Numbered from the stretch's first letter, positions 13,652-26,200 are shown. The stretch: 64,000 nt of DNA from Octopus vulgaris (GCA_951406725.2 OX597822.1:57784001-57848000); one strand, 5' to 3'. Notes: a model not told the origin generated them from the sequence alone. Program-made: numbers and translations.

Positions 13652-14724
13652 GCACCTTTTGTCAAAACAGTAAAAGAAACAACAACAATAAAACAGCATG
13701 ACAAACCTATGAAAACCAGTCAATGGGTTCCTGATATTTGGGTGTAAACCTCAGGTGAGTAGAGTGCAACATATGAGTCATATAACCAGAGCAAGGTATT
13801 TGCCTGATATTTTATTTCTATATGGAATTTTCAGGAACTCCCAATGTTGAGAATAGCCACAATACTGGTGACTACAACACTAATAGTGAAGGTATGTGGC
13901 CTAGTGGTTAGGGTGTTACACTCTTGATCATAAGATCATCGTTTTGAATCCAGGATCAAGTGGTACATTGTGTTCTTGGGCAAACCACTTCATGAGCCTT
14001 AGGACTCAAGACAAAACTAACATATACTACATTAGCAATCATTAATATAAAGAGCCCTACTCTCATGGACACTATAGGTGCATGGCTTAGTGGTTAGGGT
14101 ATTCAGTTTGTGATCTAAGATCATGAGTTTGATTACTGGTGGCATGGTGTGTCCTTCAGCAAGACACTCTGTTTCACATTGCTCCAGTACACTCAGCTGG
14201 CAAAATGAGTAGTGCCTGTGTTTCAAAGGACCAGCCTTGTCATATCCTGTGTCATGCTGAATTTCCTGAGAACTACATTAAGGATATGCATGTTTGTGGA
14301 GCGCTCAGCCACTTGCATGTTAATTTCACAAGCAGGCTGTTCCATTGATCAGATCAACTGGAACCCTTTGTGGTCATAACTGATGGAGTACAAGTTTTTT
14401 AATGAACACTATAATAATTGTTTCTGATTGAGGTACAAGGCCATCAATTTTGAGGTGGTAGGGGTAGTTAATACTACTGTTTATTTTACTTATTTTGGAG
14501 GGATGAAAGATAAAGTTAACCTCAACAGAATTTGGACTCTGAATGTGAAGAGCCTCCTTAATGATTCCGCCAATCCACAACCCAAATGTCAACCTACCAG
14601 CTTTGGTCATGATAATAAAGACCAGAATATAGTGACCACTATATTAATGACCACTATACTTATACTATGCTTGTGTGCTATACATGTATTGATTTGATGA
14701 TCACCATAAGAGGCCATCATATTA

Positions 14725-15068
14725 AAGGGTAAAGATTCCCTTCAGTCATGCATGACCATAAAGCTGCAATGAGAAAGTTCTCCTCCAAGGCACAAGTCTG
14801 GGCAAGTTTGTGTGTGGAAGACTAGCAGTCACCCATGTATATCAGTCTCCCTTCTCTACACCACCAATGTTGTCCAACAGAGAGGAAAAGGCTTGTTGAT
14901 AAAACTTGGCACCAGTGATGTCACAACTCATTTCTACAGTTGAGTGAACTGCAGCAATGAGAAATAAAGTGTCTTACTCAAGAACATAACAGACAGTCGA
15001 GTCCAGGAATTAAACTCACAACCTCATGATTGTAAACTTGATGCTCTAACTACTGAGCCAACTTCATA
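14725..15068 (-). mobile_element. SINE family C
   Basis: Homologous to 8240-8576, with a 12-bp TSD GCCATCATATTA (14713-14724, 15069-15080). Confidence 0.85.
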
Positions 15069-15234
15069 GCCATCATATTAGTAGTCACTATATTTGTACT
15101 GTACTTGAGTACTGTACTCATAGTTAACATAATGCTCACTAGTATAGTTACAACATCAATTTTCCAGAACAAGTATCAAATTTACTTAAACAAAACACAG
15201 CTACCTGTACAGTAGTATAAATGATACAAGTTTA

Positions 15235-15451
15235 TTCTTTTCTCCTCTAGGTACAAGGCCTGAAATTTTGGGGGAGGGGACTAGTCGATTAGATCAACCC
15301 CAATATGTAACTGGTACTTAATTTATTGACCCCAAAAGGATGAAAGGCAAAGTCGACCTTGGCAGAATTTGAACTCAGAACATAATGGCAGACAAAATAC
15401 CACTAAGCATTTCGCCCGGTGTGCTAACATTTCTGCCAGCTTGCCGCCTTT
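15235..15451 (-). mobile_element. SINE family B
   Basis: Same head and core as 63749-63984, with a 13-bp TSD TGATACAAGTTTA (15222-15234, 15452-15464). Confidence 0.9.
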
Positions 15452-16468
15452 TGATACAAGTTTAGTAATACTGTACTGTGCAAGTTACTAGTCTGAGTAA
15501 AGTATCAGTAAACTAGTTTGGCAGCTGTGAGAATTTGAAATTCCTGCTCATAAATTAGTGCAGATTACGAAAGATTCCAGAAAGTCAGTATTGTACTTGT
15601 ATAGTGGTAACTATACAAATGACCACTCTTCTTGCAATTATTGATATAGTGACCACTCAATTAGTGGTCACTATATTAATGACCACAAGAATGATGACTA
15701 CTAGAATAATGGTCACTGTACTTATATGATACATATATGTACTATACTTGAAGTTATTAACATAGTGACCATCACTGTTGACCACCATACTAGTGTCACT
15801 ATACTTGAATACTATTCTTGTAGTTATTAACACAGTGACCACTATATTGTGTCCATTAAAAGAGAGATCACTGGTCTAGTGGTCATTATATTAATGATTA
15901 CTAGCATAGTGGTCACTGTAAGAATAACTACAAATATAGTATTCACTAATATAATAGTCACTTGTCTAGTGACTTTACTAGTAGTGGTCTGGATATTGAA
16001 TTTAATCACACCTTGCTGAATCCATTGTGGTCTATCTCTTACAACATCGTTATATTTTTCTCCGTCAGCATAGAGATTGAGGTAGAAGAGATGATGATCA
16101 TACTAATGGTGATAATAGTAGAAATGGTGATTTATGTATGTACTTATTTTACACCACAACTGGTGAATAATAATAACATTGTTGGATATAGGTTTCCAAT
16201 GGGCTAATCATTAAACCAATCGCTGAATCTCTGCTAACATAAGTGATAAGGGATTGTCCATACAGTTTCCATCTACTGTCGATTTGGAGTTATAGTAGAA
16301 GACAGGTGTAACCTCATATTTGTACTGAGACAGAGGGTTTTAGCAGTTTATCATTTGTGTGTTGTAGGGGGTGATGTACAAATCTGTTCCCTTGGCAAGT
16401 GTTGTGATTGTGTCTTTATGCTGTTGAAAGATAATGGGCATTCATGTCCCCATTGAAATACTCTAGGA

Positions 16469-16714
16469 CAATGGTTCTCAACCAGAATCCATATGGTCCC
16501 TGGGAGTCCATATAAGATTTTGTTGAAATTCATCTACAATATATTGGTTATACTTCTATAATATACAAAATATCTTAATAATTTTTTTACACAATTCCTA
16601 ATAATATTTAATTCTAAAAATATGATTTTTTAAACATTAAATGGCTAGGAGGATACATCTGATCAAAATAGGAATCAATGGGGTCTATGGGTAAAAAATG
16701 GTTGAGAAACACTG
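16469..16714. mobile_element. hAT MITE, same family as 5436-5827
   Basis: TIRs CAATGGTTCTCAACCA / TGGTTGAGAAACACTG, TSD CTCTAGGA/CTCTAGGT, and shared internal tccatataagattttg. Confidence 0.85.
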
Positions 16715-17447
16715 CTCTAGGTGATAATGTAAGGAGTATTCAGGTTGCATGTAGACAATTCCAAAGGAAAAAATTGAGGGACAGTGAAGGGTGTTGCTGT
16801 CTACATTATAAGGCATTTGGTCTGGCAATCTACTGATTTCTTACATAACCATCAGACCATAGATACAAGGAAGAGGAAATTGGAAATGTTGACAAGTGTG
16901 CTTTTTCTCGCCAGTTTAATAACATGTATCAATGTACACATGTAATAAATGATATGGTATTTTGGCAGTGTAACAAAATGAAAAATGTAAAAATGAACTT
17001 AATAGTCAGATCAATATTTACTACTCTAATATTAACGTCTCAAAAATATAGAAATGTAATTAGGAAATTACAGTTTCAGATCAGACAATACTGGCAATCG
17101 ATAAATATGGAACTAGCCTCTGGGTTACAATAACTGATATTTATACTGAATTGTTTATAGAACATTCTTTTTGTTGGCATTGTTGGTGGTGGCTTTGTCA
17201 GCATCATCGTCACCACTGCCATCACCATCATTTTTATATCCACTTTCTAGAGTGGATATGAGTTAGACAGGTTTCCACAGTCCCACGTCGGTTGTTATTT
17301 AGAAGCTACTGTCTTCATAGTCAAGTAGGGCAACCACATATTAGGGTAATGAATCAGCAGGGTAATGGACAGAAATCATTATCATCATTATTATTTAATA
17401 CATTATTTACATTCAACAGATATTTGTCCTCATCTTGTTTGTTGTTA

Positions 17448-17491
17448 ACACAACGTTTCGGTTGATATACCCTCCAGCCTTCTTCAGGTAT
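17448..17491 (-). ncRNA. Minimal hammerhead ribozyme motif
   Basis: Minus strand reads ATAC CTGAAGA A GGCTG GAGGGTATAT CAACC GAAACGTT GTGT: intact core, palindromic AACGTT, triplet GTT, one mismatch in stem II. Confidence 0.78.
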
Positions 17492-17613
17492 CTTTGAGAA
17501 ATTACAAACCTGGGTTCTCATTCCTAAGGTATTTTTCAATGTTATTATTATTATTATTAATACCTGAGAAAAATACTTTAGGAATAAGAACCCAGGTTCG
17601 AAATTTCCCCAAG

Positions 17614-17660
17614 ACACCTGAAGAAGAAAGCTGGAGGGTATATCAGACGAAATGTTGTGT
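17614..17660 (+). ncRNA. Degenerate hammerhead motif
   Basis: ACAC CTGAAGA AGAAAGCTG...CAGAC GAAA TGTT GTGT. A short insertion and substitutions damage stem II. Confidence 0.6.
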
Positions 17661-19782
17661 TAACAACAAACAAGATAAGGACAAATATCTGTCGAATGTA
17701 AATAATGTACGTAATTCCTCATCTCTTATATATAGAACTGTGTTATTATTTAATGTTCACTTTTCCATGCTTTCATGGGTTAAATAGAATTTGTTGAGGC
17801 AGATTTTCTATGGCCAGATGCCTTTTCTGTTGCCAAAATGGCTTGCAGCATTTAGTCATGGTCCTTTACCCTTTATATTCTAAGTTCAAATCTTGTCAAG
17901 GTCTACTTCACCTTTCAAGTCAATGAAATAAAAACTAGTTGAAGACCGAGGTCTCTTTAATCAACTATGTTCCAACCAGTACCAACATGAAAAGCATATA
18001 TCTTTAGAGCATCAGGAAAATGCTTTGCAGTATTTGTTCTAACACTTTACATTCTGAGTTCAAATCCTGCCAAAGTCTACTTTGACTTTCATCCTTCAAG
18101 GGTCAATAAAATAATGAACCAGTGAAGTATGGGGTTGATCACATTGTTTGACCCCTACATTTCAGAATTACTAGCCTTTGTGTCTAAATTAGAAATGTTT
18201 ATTATTATTCAGTCAAATGGCCTGGGTATGCTGATATTTTGAAAATACCTTATGGAGTGATGGAGTGATGACCTTGCTCTGCATAGTTATGGGTTACCCT
18301 TTGGCAAAGTACAGCACCATTCAGCCACCCTGCCACAGATACAGCAAAGTCATGAGACTGCAGCATGGCAGATTGTGAAGAGGTAGAGAAAGAACTCAAC
18401 TGAGCTAATGGTGCTTCTTACATTGATGCTGAATGGAGGAATCCTAAAAGATCAATGGTCACGATCACCAAGCTCTATCATGAGAGTAACTGCAATACAT
18501 CCATAGGGGTGGCATCCACGGTTGTATAATCAGTTAATGAAAGAGTCATTATAACTCAAGCTCCCAATTCAAATTCATAATAATAGAACTGGATAGCAAC
18601 AGAGAGTCACAGGAATCTGCAAAAGCAGCACAACTGAAGAGTCTAATAGCAGTCAGTTAGATACCAGAATCAGTAGAGTAGTGGACAAATACCCTGTGGT
18701 ATTTAATTAAATTTCTTTACATTCAGTGTTGAAAATTCACTGAGACCAACTCTGCCTTTCATCTTTCCAAGGTCCCTAAAATAAGCACTGTGAAGTGGAT
18801 TACATCAACTATATCTCCCTTTACTTGATCCCACTCCCCCAAAAATGTGTGGCTTTGTGCTTATGTCAAAAATCGTTACTGAAGTTTGAGGGATAATGGT
18901 GAGATAATAGATTTGGGAAAGGGTACATTACATGCCTTGCTTAGTGTATCACTTAATAACAGCCTTTTACTTCCTGGGATCAACCGGGATTTAGCATGTC
19001 ACCAAAATAATAGGCTTTTATATTCCAGGAATAACTATCCTTTTCGTTTTTTCATTTCTTTTTTTTTATTTTTCAGGATTCATAAAATAAGTCCTAGACA
19101 TGTATTGAGGTCAATTTACCATGTTTAATCATGCATGAAGTCACACAATTTTATAGTTGGTTTTAATTGCAAAAACTGGCTTGCGACTTCTACAGGGATC
19201 AAAGCTAAAACTAGGAAGAAAAAGAAATTTTGTACCAAGATTTAATACTAAATTAGTGGTGTGACTTATACATGAATAAATACAGTAATTGATTGTGTCC
19301 TCCCCTCCATAATTTCTGTGAGCTTACACTTTGAAAAAGTGTAATTAGGAGGAGGAGGAGGAGCCTCCCAAGTATCCTTTATGCTAGGGAAACGATATAG
19401 TTGATGAACAGCTTAAAACTCATGCAAGTTGATCGCTCTCATAAGTAACACTTGAGTAGTGATTACCTTCAGAAGATTGAGATCTGATGAGTCAGGATTG
19501 AGGGATATATGTTTAGCATAAGGTTTAAAAAGGTGATGAAGGAGAAAAGCAAGAGAAGCAGGTGAATCAAGAGGGTTTAGTTGATGCAGCTTGGAAATTC
19601 AGAGTAGGAGACATAGTAAAAATAGAGAAACAGAGAGAGAGAGAGAGAAAGAGAGAGGAAAGAAGAAAGCAGGAAGACAGTAAATCAGTGAGCATGTGGT
19701 GGCAACGTGTTGGTGAATGAAGGTTTACGGGTCAATCCTCAGATGGCCTTATTTTAGAAGTAGTCTACAATGTGTAAGTATA

Positions 19783-19818
<36 letters not shown>

Positions 19819-20202
19819 TGTGTGTGTTGAAGCAACAATTGCACCACTACAATAGCATTTAAGGATTGTATAAGAAATAAGATATTTTCTGCTTGATGAA
19901 GAAAATCTTTAATACAGCAGTATTAAATATTTAATCCTGTCATGAAAGTTTATATGTTTGGTAACCAAGGGTAATGGGAACTGACCAAGCTATATATCAA
20001 TTTCCACTTATCAGGGCCATAGCTAAGCCCCTGCAACCTCTGTAGATGCAGAAGGCCTCCACAGTTGAGGCGCCCCATGTTAAGATCAAAGTTCATAAAT
20101 GAGTCATCTATTTACTTTGGTTAAGATGTTGAACAAGAATTAAACTATCTATGTCAACTGAAAATTTCAAGAAATAAAATGGTAATACATTGTGCCTACA
20201 AA

Positions 20203-20562
20203 AGTTGAGTCTGAGGCTGTGTGGGAAGATGAATAGAGGCATAACTTCGTCATCCCTAGTGATCACTCTAAACACCATGATGTTGACTGGATGTTTGATT
20301 TTTATCACTCTCAGTACATGTCCTCAGATTGCACTGTCTTCAGATTGACACCCAAAGACTCTGAAATGTTTGTATTGGAGCTCCTGGCACAAATGCCAAG
20401 CAGTACAGCATGTCGTTTCCAAATTTCTGGCAGAGTGCTGTTTTTGTCACAGAAAGTGCCCAACTAACACTACTATATTGTGTAATTAACAAAATCAAAA
20501 ACAAAATGCGCATGCATGAAATTAAAAATACAAAATGGCAATGATTTACCCATTGCACCCTG
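20203..20562 (-). mobile_element. Tc1/mariner (maT/DD37D-like) transposase relic
   Basis: Terminus TA-CAGGGTG at 20562 (-); N-terminal EIWKRHAVLLGICARSSNTNISESLGVNLKTVQ; then KIKHPVNIMVFRVITRDDEVMPLFIFPHSLRLN. The second TIR was not seen. Confidence 0.7.
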
Positions 20563-20724
20563 TATTTATAAGAAATCATAAAATATGAAATAGAAGATTT
20601 TCAGCAATAAAATCACAAAAGTTTAGAATTTTTAAGTAAAAAAAAAATATCTATTCAAAATGAAATATTTTCTGGGAAATAATTCATCTAGGAAGAAGTT
20701 AAAGAAAAACTTGATGTCAGTTAC

Positions 20725-20835
20725 CTTGTCTTTACAGTCCACATGGACTTTGCCACTGTCCAGAACTTTACATAACTGGTCCAGATTACCTTGCAATGCT
20801 GCCAGGTGGAGTTGTTGATCAGATGGGGTTTCTTT
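20725..20835 (-). CDS. ANKRD29: Internal coding exon of an ankyrin-repeat protein, ANKRD29-like (KETPSDQQLHLAALQGNLDQLCKVLDSGKVHVDCKDK)
   Basis: 111 bp = 37 codons, open, phase 0/0. Acceptor is ttcttcttcttacag| with a polypyrimidine tract; donor is AAG|gtaact. The peptide has the ankyrin LHLAAxxG motif and resembles the ANKRD29 N-terminus as I recall it (KETP...AA..GNL...L.SG.V.VDC.D). Orthology needs BLASTP confirmation. No other exon was recognised in the window. Confidence 0.85.
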
Positions 20836-21726
20836 CTGTAAGAAGAAGAATAAATAAATAAAATTATAAATAAATTTTTTTTTAATATTATGTTTTATAT
20901 TATTCAATTAATTTATTTGGCACATCTTGGATCATACATACTAAAACATTTGAATAAGTTAGTACATTGCTAGGGAGATGTGAACTATTCACATTTTGAA
21001 CAAAGCCCTTCTTCAAGGAGAGATAGAGAAACAGACAGACAGATAGACAGAGAGAGTGAGAGAAAGATAAGAGAGAGTGGGTCAGGCAGACAGAGACAAA
21101 GAGAGAGAGAGATGAAAGACAGTCAGAGACAGACAAACAGACAGGCAGAGATGGGAGGTGAGAGAGAAACTTAAAATGTTTGTACAGAACTAAGCAAATA
21201 CTAAAACTGGCTATGTGAATATTTCCTTGTTTCTAACAGTGCATAATGCCCTGTGACTGTAGAACAGTGATGGAAAAAGCTTTTTAGCCCAATATGTTAA
21301 CATTCTAATTTCTTTAATAATCCTATCATTGGAGTATCATTGAAATGCATATGTATGTATTTTACTTATTGATAAATACTTGTAGATAAGCTTTTTAGAA
21401 AATGATATTGCAGGAAGATTTTTTTTTTTCCAAAACTCATTATGTGTTACAACATCACATTGCTGATACATTTGCCATAGGCTTGTCATCCCTACATAGA
21501 GAAAAAGAAATACAGATATATATAGAAAATAAAGACAGATGGATGGACAAACAGACAGATATTTATGATTACCATAGATAATGCTATGAAAGAGTTTCCA
21601 TAAGGAGAATTAATAGGGCCCCAAAACATTGTCATATTTACCACTTAATGTTATCAACTGGTCAGATGAAATGACATTAAGCATTCTATCCAGTGTACTA
21701 ACAATTCTGCCAGCTTGCCAATCTAT

Positions 21727-22154
21727 TACTCTTTTACTCTCTCTCTCTTTTACTTGTTTCAGTCATTTGACTGTGGCCATGCTGGAGCACCGTCTTTAGT
21801 CGAGCAAATCGACCCCAGGACTTATTCTTTGCAAGCCTAGTACTTATTCTATTGGTCTCTTTTGTCGAACTGCTAAGCTACGGGTACGTAAACACTCCAG
21901 CTTCAGTTGCCAAGTGATGTTGGGTGGACAAACACAGACACACAAACATATACACACATACATACACACATATATATATATACATATATACGATGGGTTG
22001 CTTTCAGTTTCCGCCTACCAAATCCACTCACAAGGCTTTGGTCGGCCCGAGACTATAGTAGAAGACACTTACCCAAGGTGCCACGCAGTGGAACTGAACC
22101 CGGAATCATGTGGTTCGTAAGCAAGCTACTTACCACACAGCCACTCCTACACCT
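21727..22154 (-). mobile_element. SINE family A, full length
   Basis: Reverse-complement match to 10694-11131. Confidence 0.9.
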
Positions 22155-22527
22155 ATAACATACATATATATTACAAGGCGCCTATTTCTGCCCTCCTACT
22201 CATACTCTAACCTCTCAACTGGCACAAAGCCACCCTCCTTAACACTACTCCTCAACATCAGCTGAGGAGTCTTGTCTTGTAAATTATTTGGTGACCGCAC
22301 TGCTACTGGTTCCATGTACAAAGCACCCAATACACTGTCCTCAGTGCTGGCACTAGGAAGGGCATCCAGCCATAGAAACCATGCCAATGCAGGCAGTGGA
22401 GCTTGGCAAAGTTTTCTAACTTGCTAGCTTCTATGAAGCAATGCAACCCATGCCAACATGGAAAATGGTAAATAATGGTGATGATGATGATGATGATGAT
22501 GGTAATGATATATGCATACATATATCT

Positions 22528-22568
<41 letters not shown>

Positions 22569-22784
22569 ACACATACACATATGTATTATATATTTATATG
22601 TTGCAGAGGTGGGTACTACTTAACAAAAGAGACATAAAGATATGCACTGACTGACTTCTGACTAGTTTCAATATAGTATTTCAGGAATTAGATGGATGCA
22701 ACAAAATAATAAATAAAACAAAACAATTTGCTCACAGACAAACTGGAAATTTACCTGAAATATAACCTTAACAACACGACCCAG

Positions 22785-22980
22785 TGACAGGTCCTCTACC
22801 TGGTCACTCGAACTGCTAGAAATAGTAGCTAAATTTATCTCAAAACACTCTGATACAATACCATTTTTTAAAAATAAGTTTTTGGATAGTGTATTCTATG
22901 ATAAACAAGGGCTTGAACAGATGGTATGGTCAGAGCTAGAATGACTTTTGATGATGGATGGGCTTAATCATAACCTGGGA
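22785..22980 (+). mobile_element. Dispersed repeat of about 200 bp (family E)
   Basis: ctgctagaaatag..aaat..ctcaaa..cac..ggata.tgta..tttgat. Related copies, several with a (CAA)n tail, lie near 1-160, 875-1075 (-), 3200-3310, 40615-40770, 48020-48210 and 56385-56600 (-). Confidence 0.6.
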
Positions 22981-23727
22981 ATACTTGCCATTCCAGTAAA
23001 TGGAGCGGAATGCTAAAGCGCATGTCAAAGGGAGATAATTCTTTCATCAGTATTTGAACAACAAATTTTTAACATTTTTTCTCTAATGAATTTAAACTAA
23101 ATATAATTCTTAAAATAAAATTAAAACCTTATGCAATTTGATCTTTTCTTTATAACTCAAACATTCAATTTACACTGATGAACAGAGTGTGCAGATTAAG
23201 TAACACAAAACCAGAGAAAAGTGAAGAAAAAATATTGTATCTATAAATAAAATTAATCTAAATGAAACGAATGAAAAAGTTGTCATTTTGCCAGCAATAA
23301 AAATGCTGTTTAATACTATCATCAAAATTGTTAGAAAGATTGTTGAAAGAGTGGAAAAGTGGACTGAAATTGTATAGCTCCATTATTTTTACCTTCATGA
23401 AACCATATTGCCACACTCATATTTCAAAAGTTCTTCAAAAAACATGAACTCTATAACGCCTTATTCTCCTTCTTTCTATGAAATCTATGCCTTGTGTTAA
23501 AAACAAAATTGATATTATAATCATCAAAGAAGCCAGTGTTGGACAGAACTGGCCGAGCAACAGAGACAATGTTCTATAGTGTCTGTTATATCTCACTGGC
23601 AACAAATTTGTCTTTTACCATTCAGAAGTTGATAAAATAAGTTCACTAAAATCATTTAATCATCTATTGCCTGGCCCAATACTTGTGTACTTGCACCAAT
23701 AGAACCACCATCATCATCATCATTATT

Positions 23728-24950
23728 AAGGTAGCAAAAGATGGTAAGCTGGCAGAGTCGTTATGATGTCAGACAAAATGCTTGGGGGTATTTCTTTTGG
23801 CTTTATATTCTGAGTTCAAATGTCCCAAGGTGGACTTTGCCTTTCATTCTTTTGGTGTTCGATAAAATAAGCACCAGTTGAGTACTGAGATTGATGTAAT
23901 CAACTAACCCCCTCCTCCAAAATTTTAGGCCTTGTACCTATAGTAGAAAGGTTTATTAAAGCATCAGGTTACAAACATTTTAGCAGTGGAATAAATGCCT
24001 TGCAATATTTGTTTTTCATGTGCTAAGTTCAAAATTCTACTGAGTCAACTTTACTTTTCATCCTTGTGAGGTCAATAAAATAAAGTACCAGTGAAGCACT
24101 GGGGTTGGTTTAATTGACAAAACCTGCTCCCTCAAATCTCAGGCCTTGTGCCTATATAGAAACAACTATTAAGGGAGGTGGATAAATAAGATTTTTAGAG
24201 TTTCAGTAATGTTTTGTAGTATCTGTTCCAGTTCCTTACATTCTGAGTTATTAATATTATTAAGGGGGTGAACTGGCAGAATCGTTAGCATACCAGACAA
24301 AATGTTTGGTGCTATTTCATTTGTCTTTCTGTTTTGAGTACAAATTCCACTGGGATCAATTTTGTCTTTCATCTTTTTAGTGTTGATAAAATAAGTGCCA
24401 GTTGAGCACTGAAGTCAATGTGATCAACTAGCTCCCTCTCGCAAAATTTCAAGCCTTGTACCTATATACAGTAATCCCTCACCACACTGTGGTTCACTTA
24501 TCATAGTTTATTATTTAAGCTTACGTTGATTCCTCCGTGGTGTTCTTTTGCATTTATAATAAAATAAATATATACAAATTATAAAAATAATTTTTAAAAT
24601 ATACAGTATAGTACTGTTTCTACTTCGCAGATTTTCACACATCATGGGGTGGCTTTGGAACGTAACACCCGCGATAGTCGAGGGATTACTGAAATAGAGA
24701 GAATTTATTATTATCATTTGTATTATCTTCTCAGCAACAAGTTGGCAGAATTGATAATGTGCCAGGAAAAAAATGCTTAGTGGCATTTTTTCTGGCTATT
24801 TACATCCTAAGTTCAAATCTCAATAAGGTTGACTTTGCCTTCGATCTTTTCAGGGTCAATAGAATAAAATAGCAGTTAAGTGCTTGAGTCAATGAATTCA
24901 ACTTGCCTCCTTCCCTCAATATTTCTGACTTTGTACCAAAAGTAACAAAA
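23728..24950 (+). mobile_element. Cluster of about four same-orientation family B SINEs
   Basis: Repeated ggcagaat..aaatg..gttcaaa..tttgcctt(t)c..taaaataag units near 23740, 23990, 24263 and 24735. Confidence 0.75.
24469..24691. mobile_element. Tigger/pogo-type MITE inserted in a SINE tail
   Basis: TIRs CAGTAATCCCTC / GAGGGATTACTG, preceded by TA. Confidence 0.75.
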
Positions 24951-25736
24951 GAATATTATCTTCTTTATATTATTAATTATTATTGATATTTTAATTTTTA
25001 TAAATCTCAAATCTGGCAGTAATTTCTCATTAAACTGAATCTATGACCCAGATTTGAAGCCTAGTTAAGACATGCCTTCTCTAAGATTTCTGGTACTCTT
25101 GAGAAAAACAGAATGTCACCTAGACACCCTCTACCAACCAAAATAACTCTAATCTGCCATGAGTTTGCTGTAAAATAAAAATATATCACATTATCTGTTT
25201 CGACAGTGAAAAAAAGAAAAACAATTTTCTTTTAAATTTTTTTCTGTGTCCAATTGTTATATGACAGGAAGGGCAGAATTATATGACAGAAGGGCAGATT
25301 TTAACACTATTGATATTATATTTTACTGTGTGTGTGTGTGTGCGTGTGCATCTATCTATGTATACTTCTTCTCTCTATACACACACACACATTTTTGTAC
25401 ACACAAATACACTCTAAGGAAAGAGGCGGGGATGTAGGTAACTCGATTTTACAAGAAAAAAAACACATTGAATTGGAGACTTTTTTTTATGTGTTTGCAT
25501 GCATGCGTTATATGTGTTACACAATTCACCAATCTATTTTGGTAAGATAAACACACAGAAATATGAAGCAGTCTTTATATTTTTTGGCTGCTTTTTCTTT
25601 TTAACACCCTTCTTTTCATAGCTTCTTTATTTTTTTATTTTTGTTTAGTTGCTGGCTTTGTATAAATTTATCGTGGGAAAACCTAAGCTTATGTAGTCAT
25701 ATTTAAGAAAAGATATACATATATATACATACACAC

Positions 25737-26200
25737 ATCATCATCATCATCATCATCATTTAGCGTCCGTTTTCCATGCTAGCATGGGTTGGACGGTTCA
25801 ACTGGGGTCTGGGGAGCCCGAAGGCTGCACCAGGCCAGTCAGATCTGGCAGTGTTTCTACAGCTGGATGCCCTTCCTAACGCCAACCACTCCGAGAGTGT
25901 AGTGGGTGATTTTATGTGCCACCGACACAGGTGCCAGACGAGGCTGGCGAACGGCCACGCTCGGATGGTGTTTTTATGTGCCACCGACACAGGTGCCAGA
26001 CGAGGCTGGCAGACGGCCACGCTCGGATGGTGTTTTTATGTGCCACCGACACAGGTGCCAGATGAGGCTGGCGGACGGCCACGATCGGATGGTGTTTGTT
26101 ACGTCCCCAAAGCACGGAGGCCAGTCTATGCGGTACTGGCTACGGCCACGTTCGGATGATTTTCTTGTGTGCCACCGGCACTGGTACCACAAAGATACAA
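25737..26200 (-). mobile_element. (GAT)n-tailed retroposon (family D, RTE-like tail) with an internal tandem array
   Basis: (CAT)n + tttagcgtccgtttccatgctagcatggg..ctggatgcccttcctaacgcc. Related copies lie near 22250-22500, 31240-31530, 49615-49835, 55041-55190, 61055-61325 and 62194-62355. Confidence 0.8.
25911..26190. repeat. 62-bp CpG-rich tandem repeat (three near-identical units plus divergent ones)
   Basis: Unit tttatgtgccaccgacacaggtgccagacgaggctggc..acggccacgctcggatggtgt starts at 25911, 25973 and 26035. Confidence 0.95.

Larger units (their letters stand above)
14620..15990. repeat. Degenerate bidirectional TAGTGACCACTA/TAGTGGTCACTA minisatellite, interrupted by two SINEs
   Basis: More than 15 variant motifs in both orientations, densest at 15600-15990, plus a 40-bp inverted repeat at 15806-15845/15906-15945. 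Confidence 0.7.
17399..17741. mobile_element. Inverted (head-to-head) pair of headless hammerhead-SINE bodies
   Basis: 17399-17558 (-) and 17568-17741 (+) both match 34730-34926. Neither carries the tRNA head. Confidence 0.85.

Noticed and set aside
19722-19748. Hammerhead-like CTGAGGA on the minus strand
   Set aside because: No proper stem II, GAAA or stem I complement. Other isolated CTGANGA hits (for example near 4838, 23174, 45753 and 61023) were rejected for the same reason.
21265-21494. Possible hAT MITE
   Set aside because: TIR-like ends are present but the 8-bp TSD does not match convincingly.
23387-23398. ATG AAG|gtaaaa as the missing first coding micro-exon of the ANKRD29-like gene
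   Set aside because: Weak donor and a 6-nt match expected by chance; cannot be supported without transcript data.
25911-26190. CRISPR-like regularly spaced repeats
   Set aside because: The units are contiguous tandem copies with no unique spacers, they lie inside a retroposon, the context is eukaryotic, and there are no cas genes.
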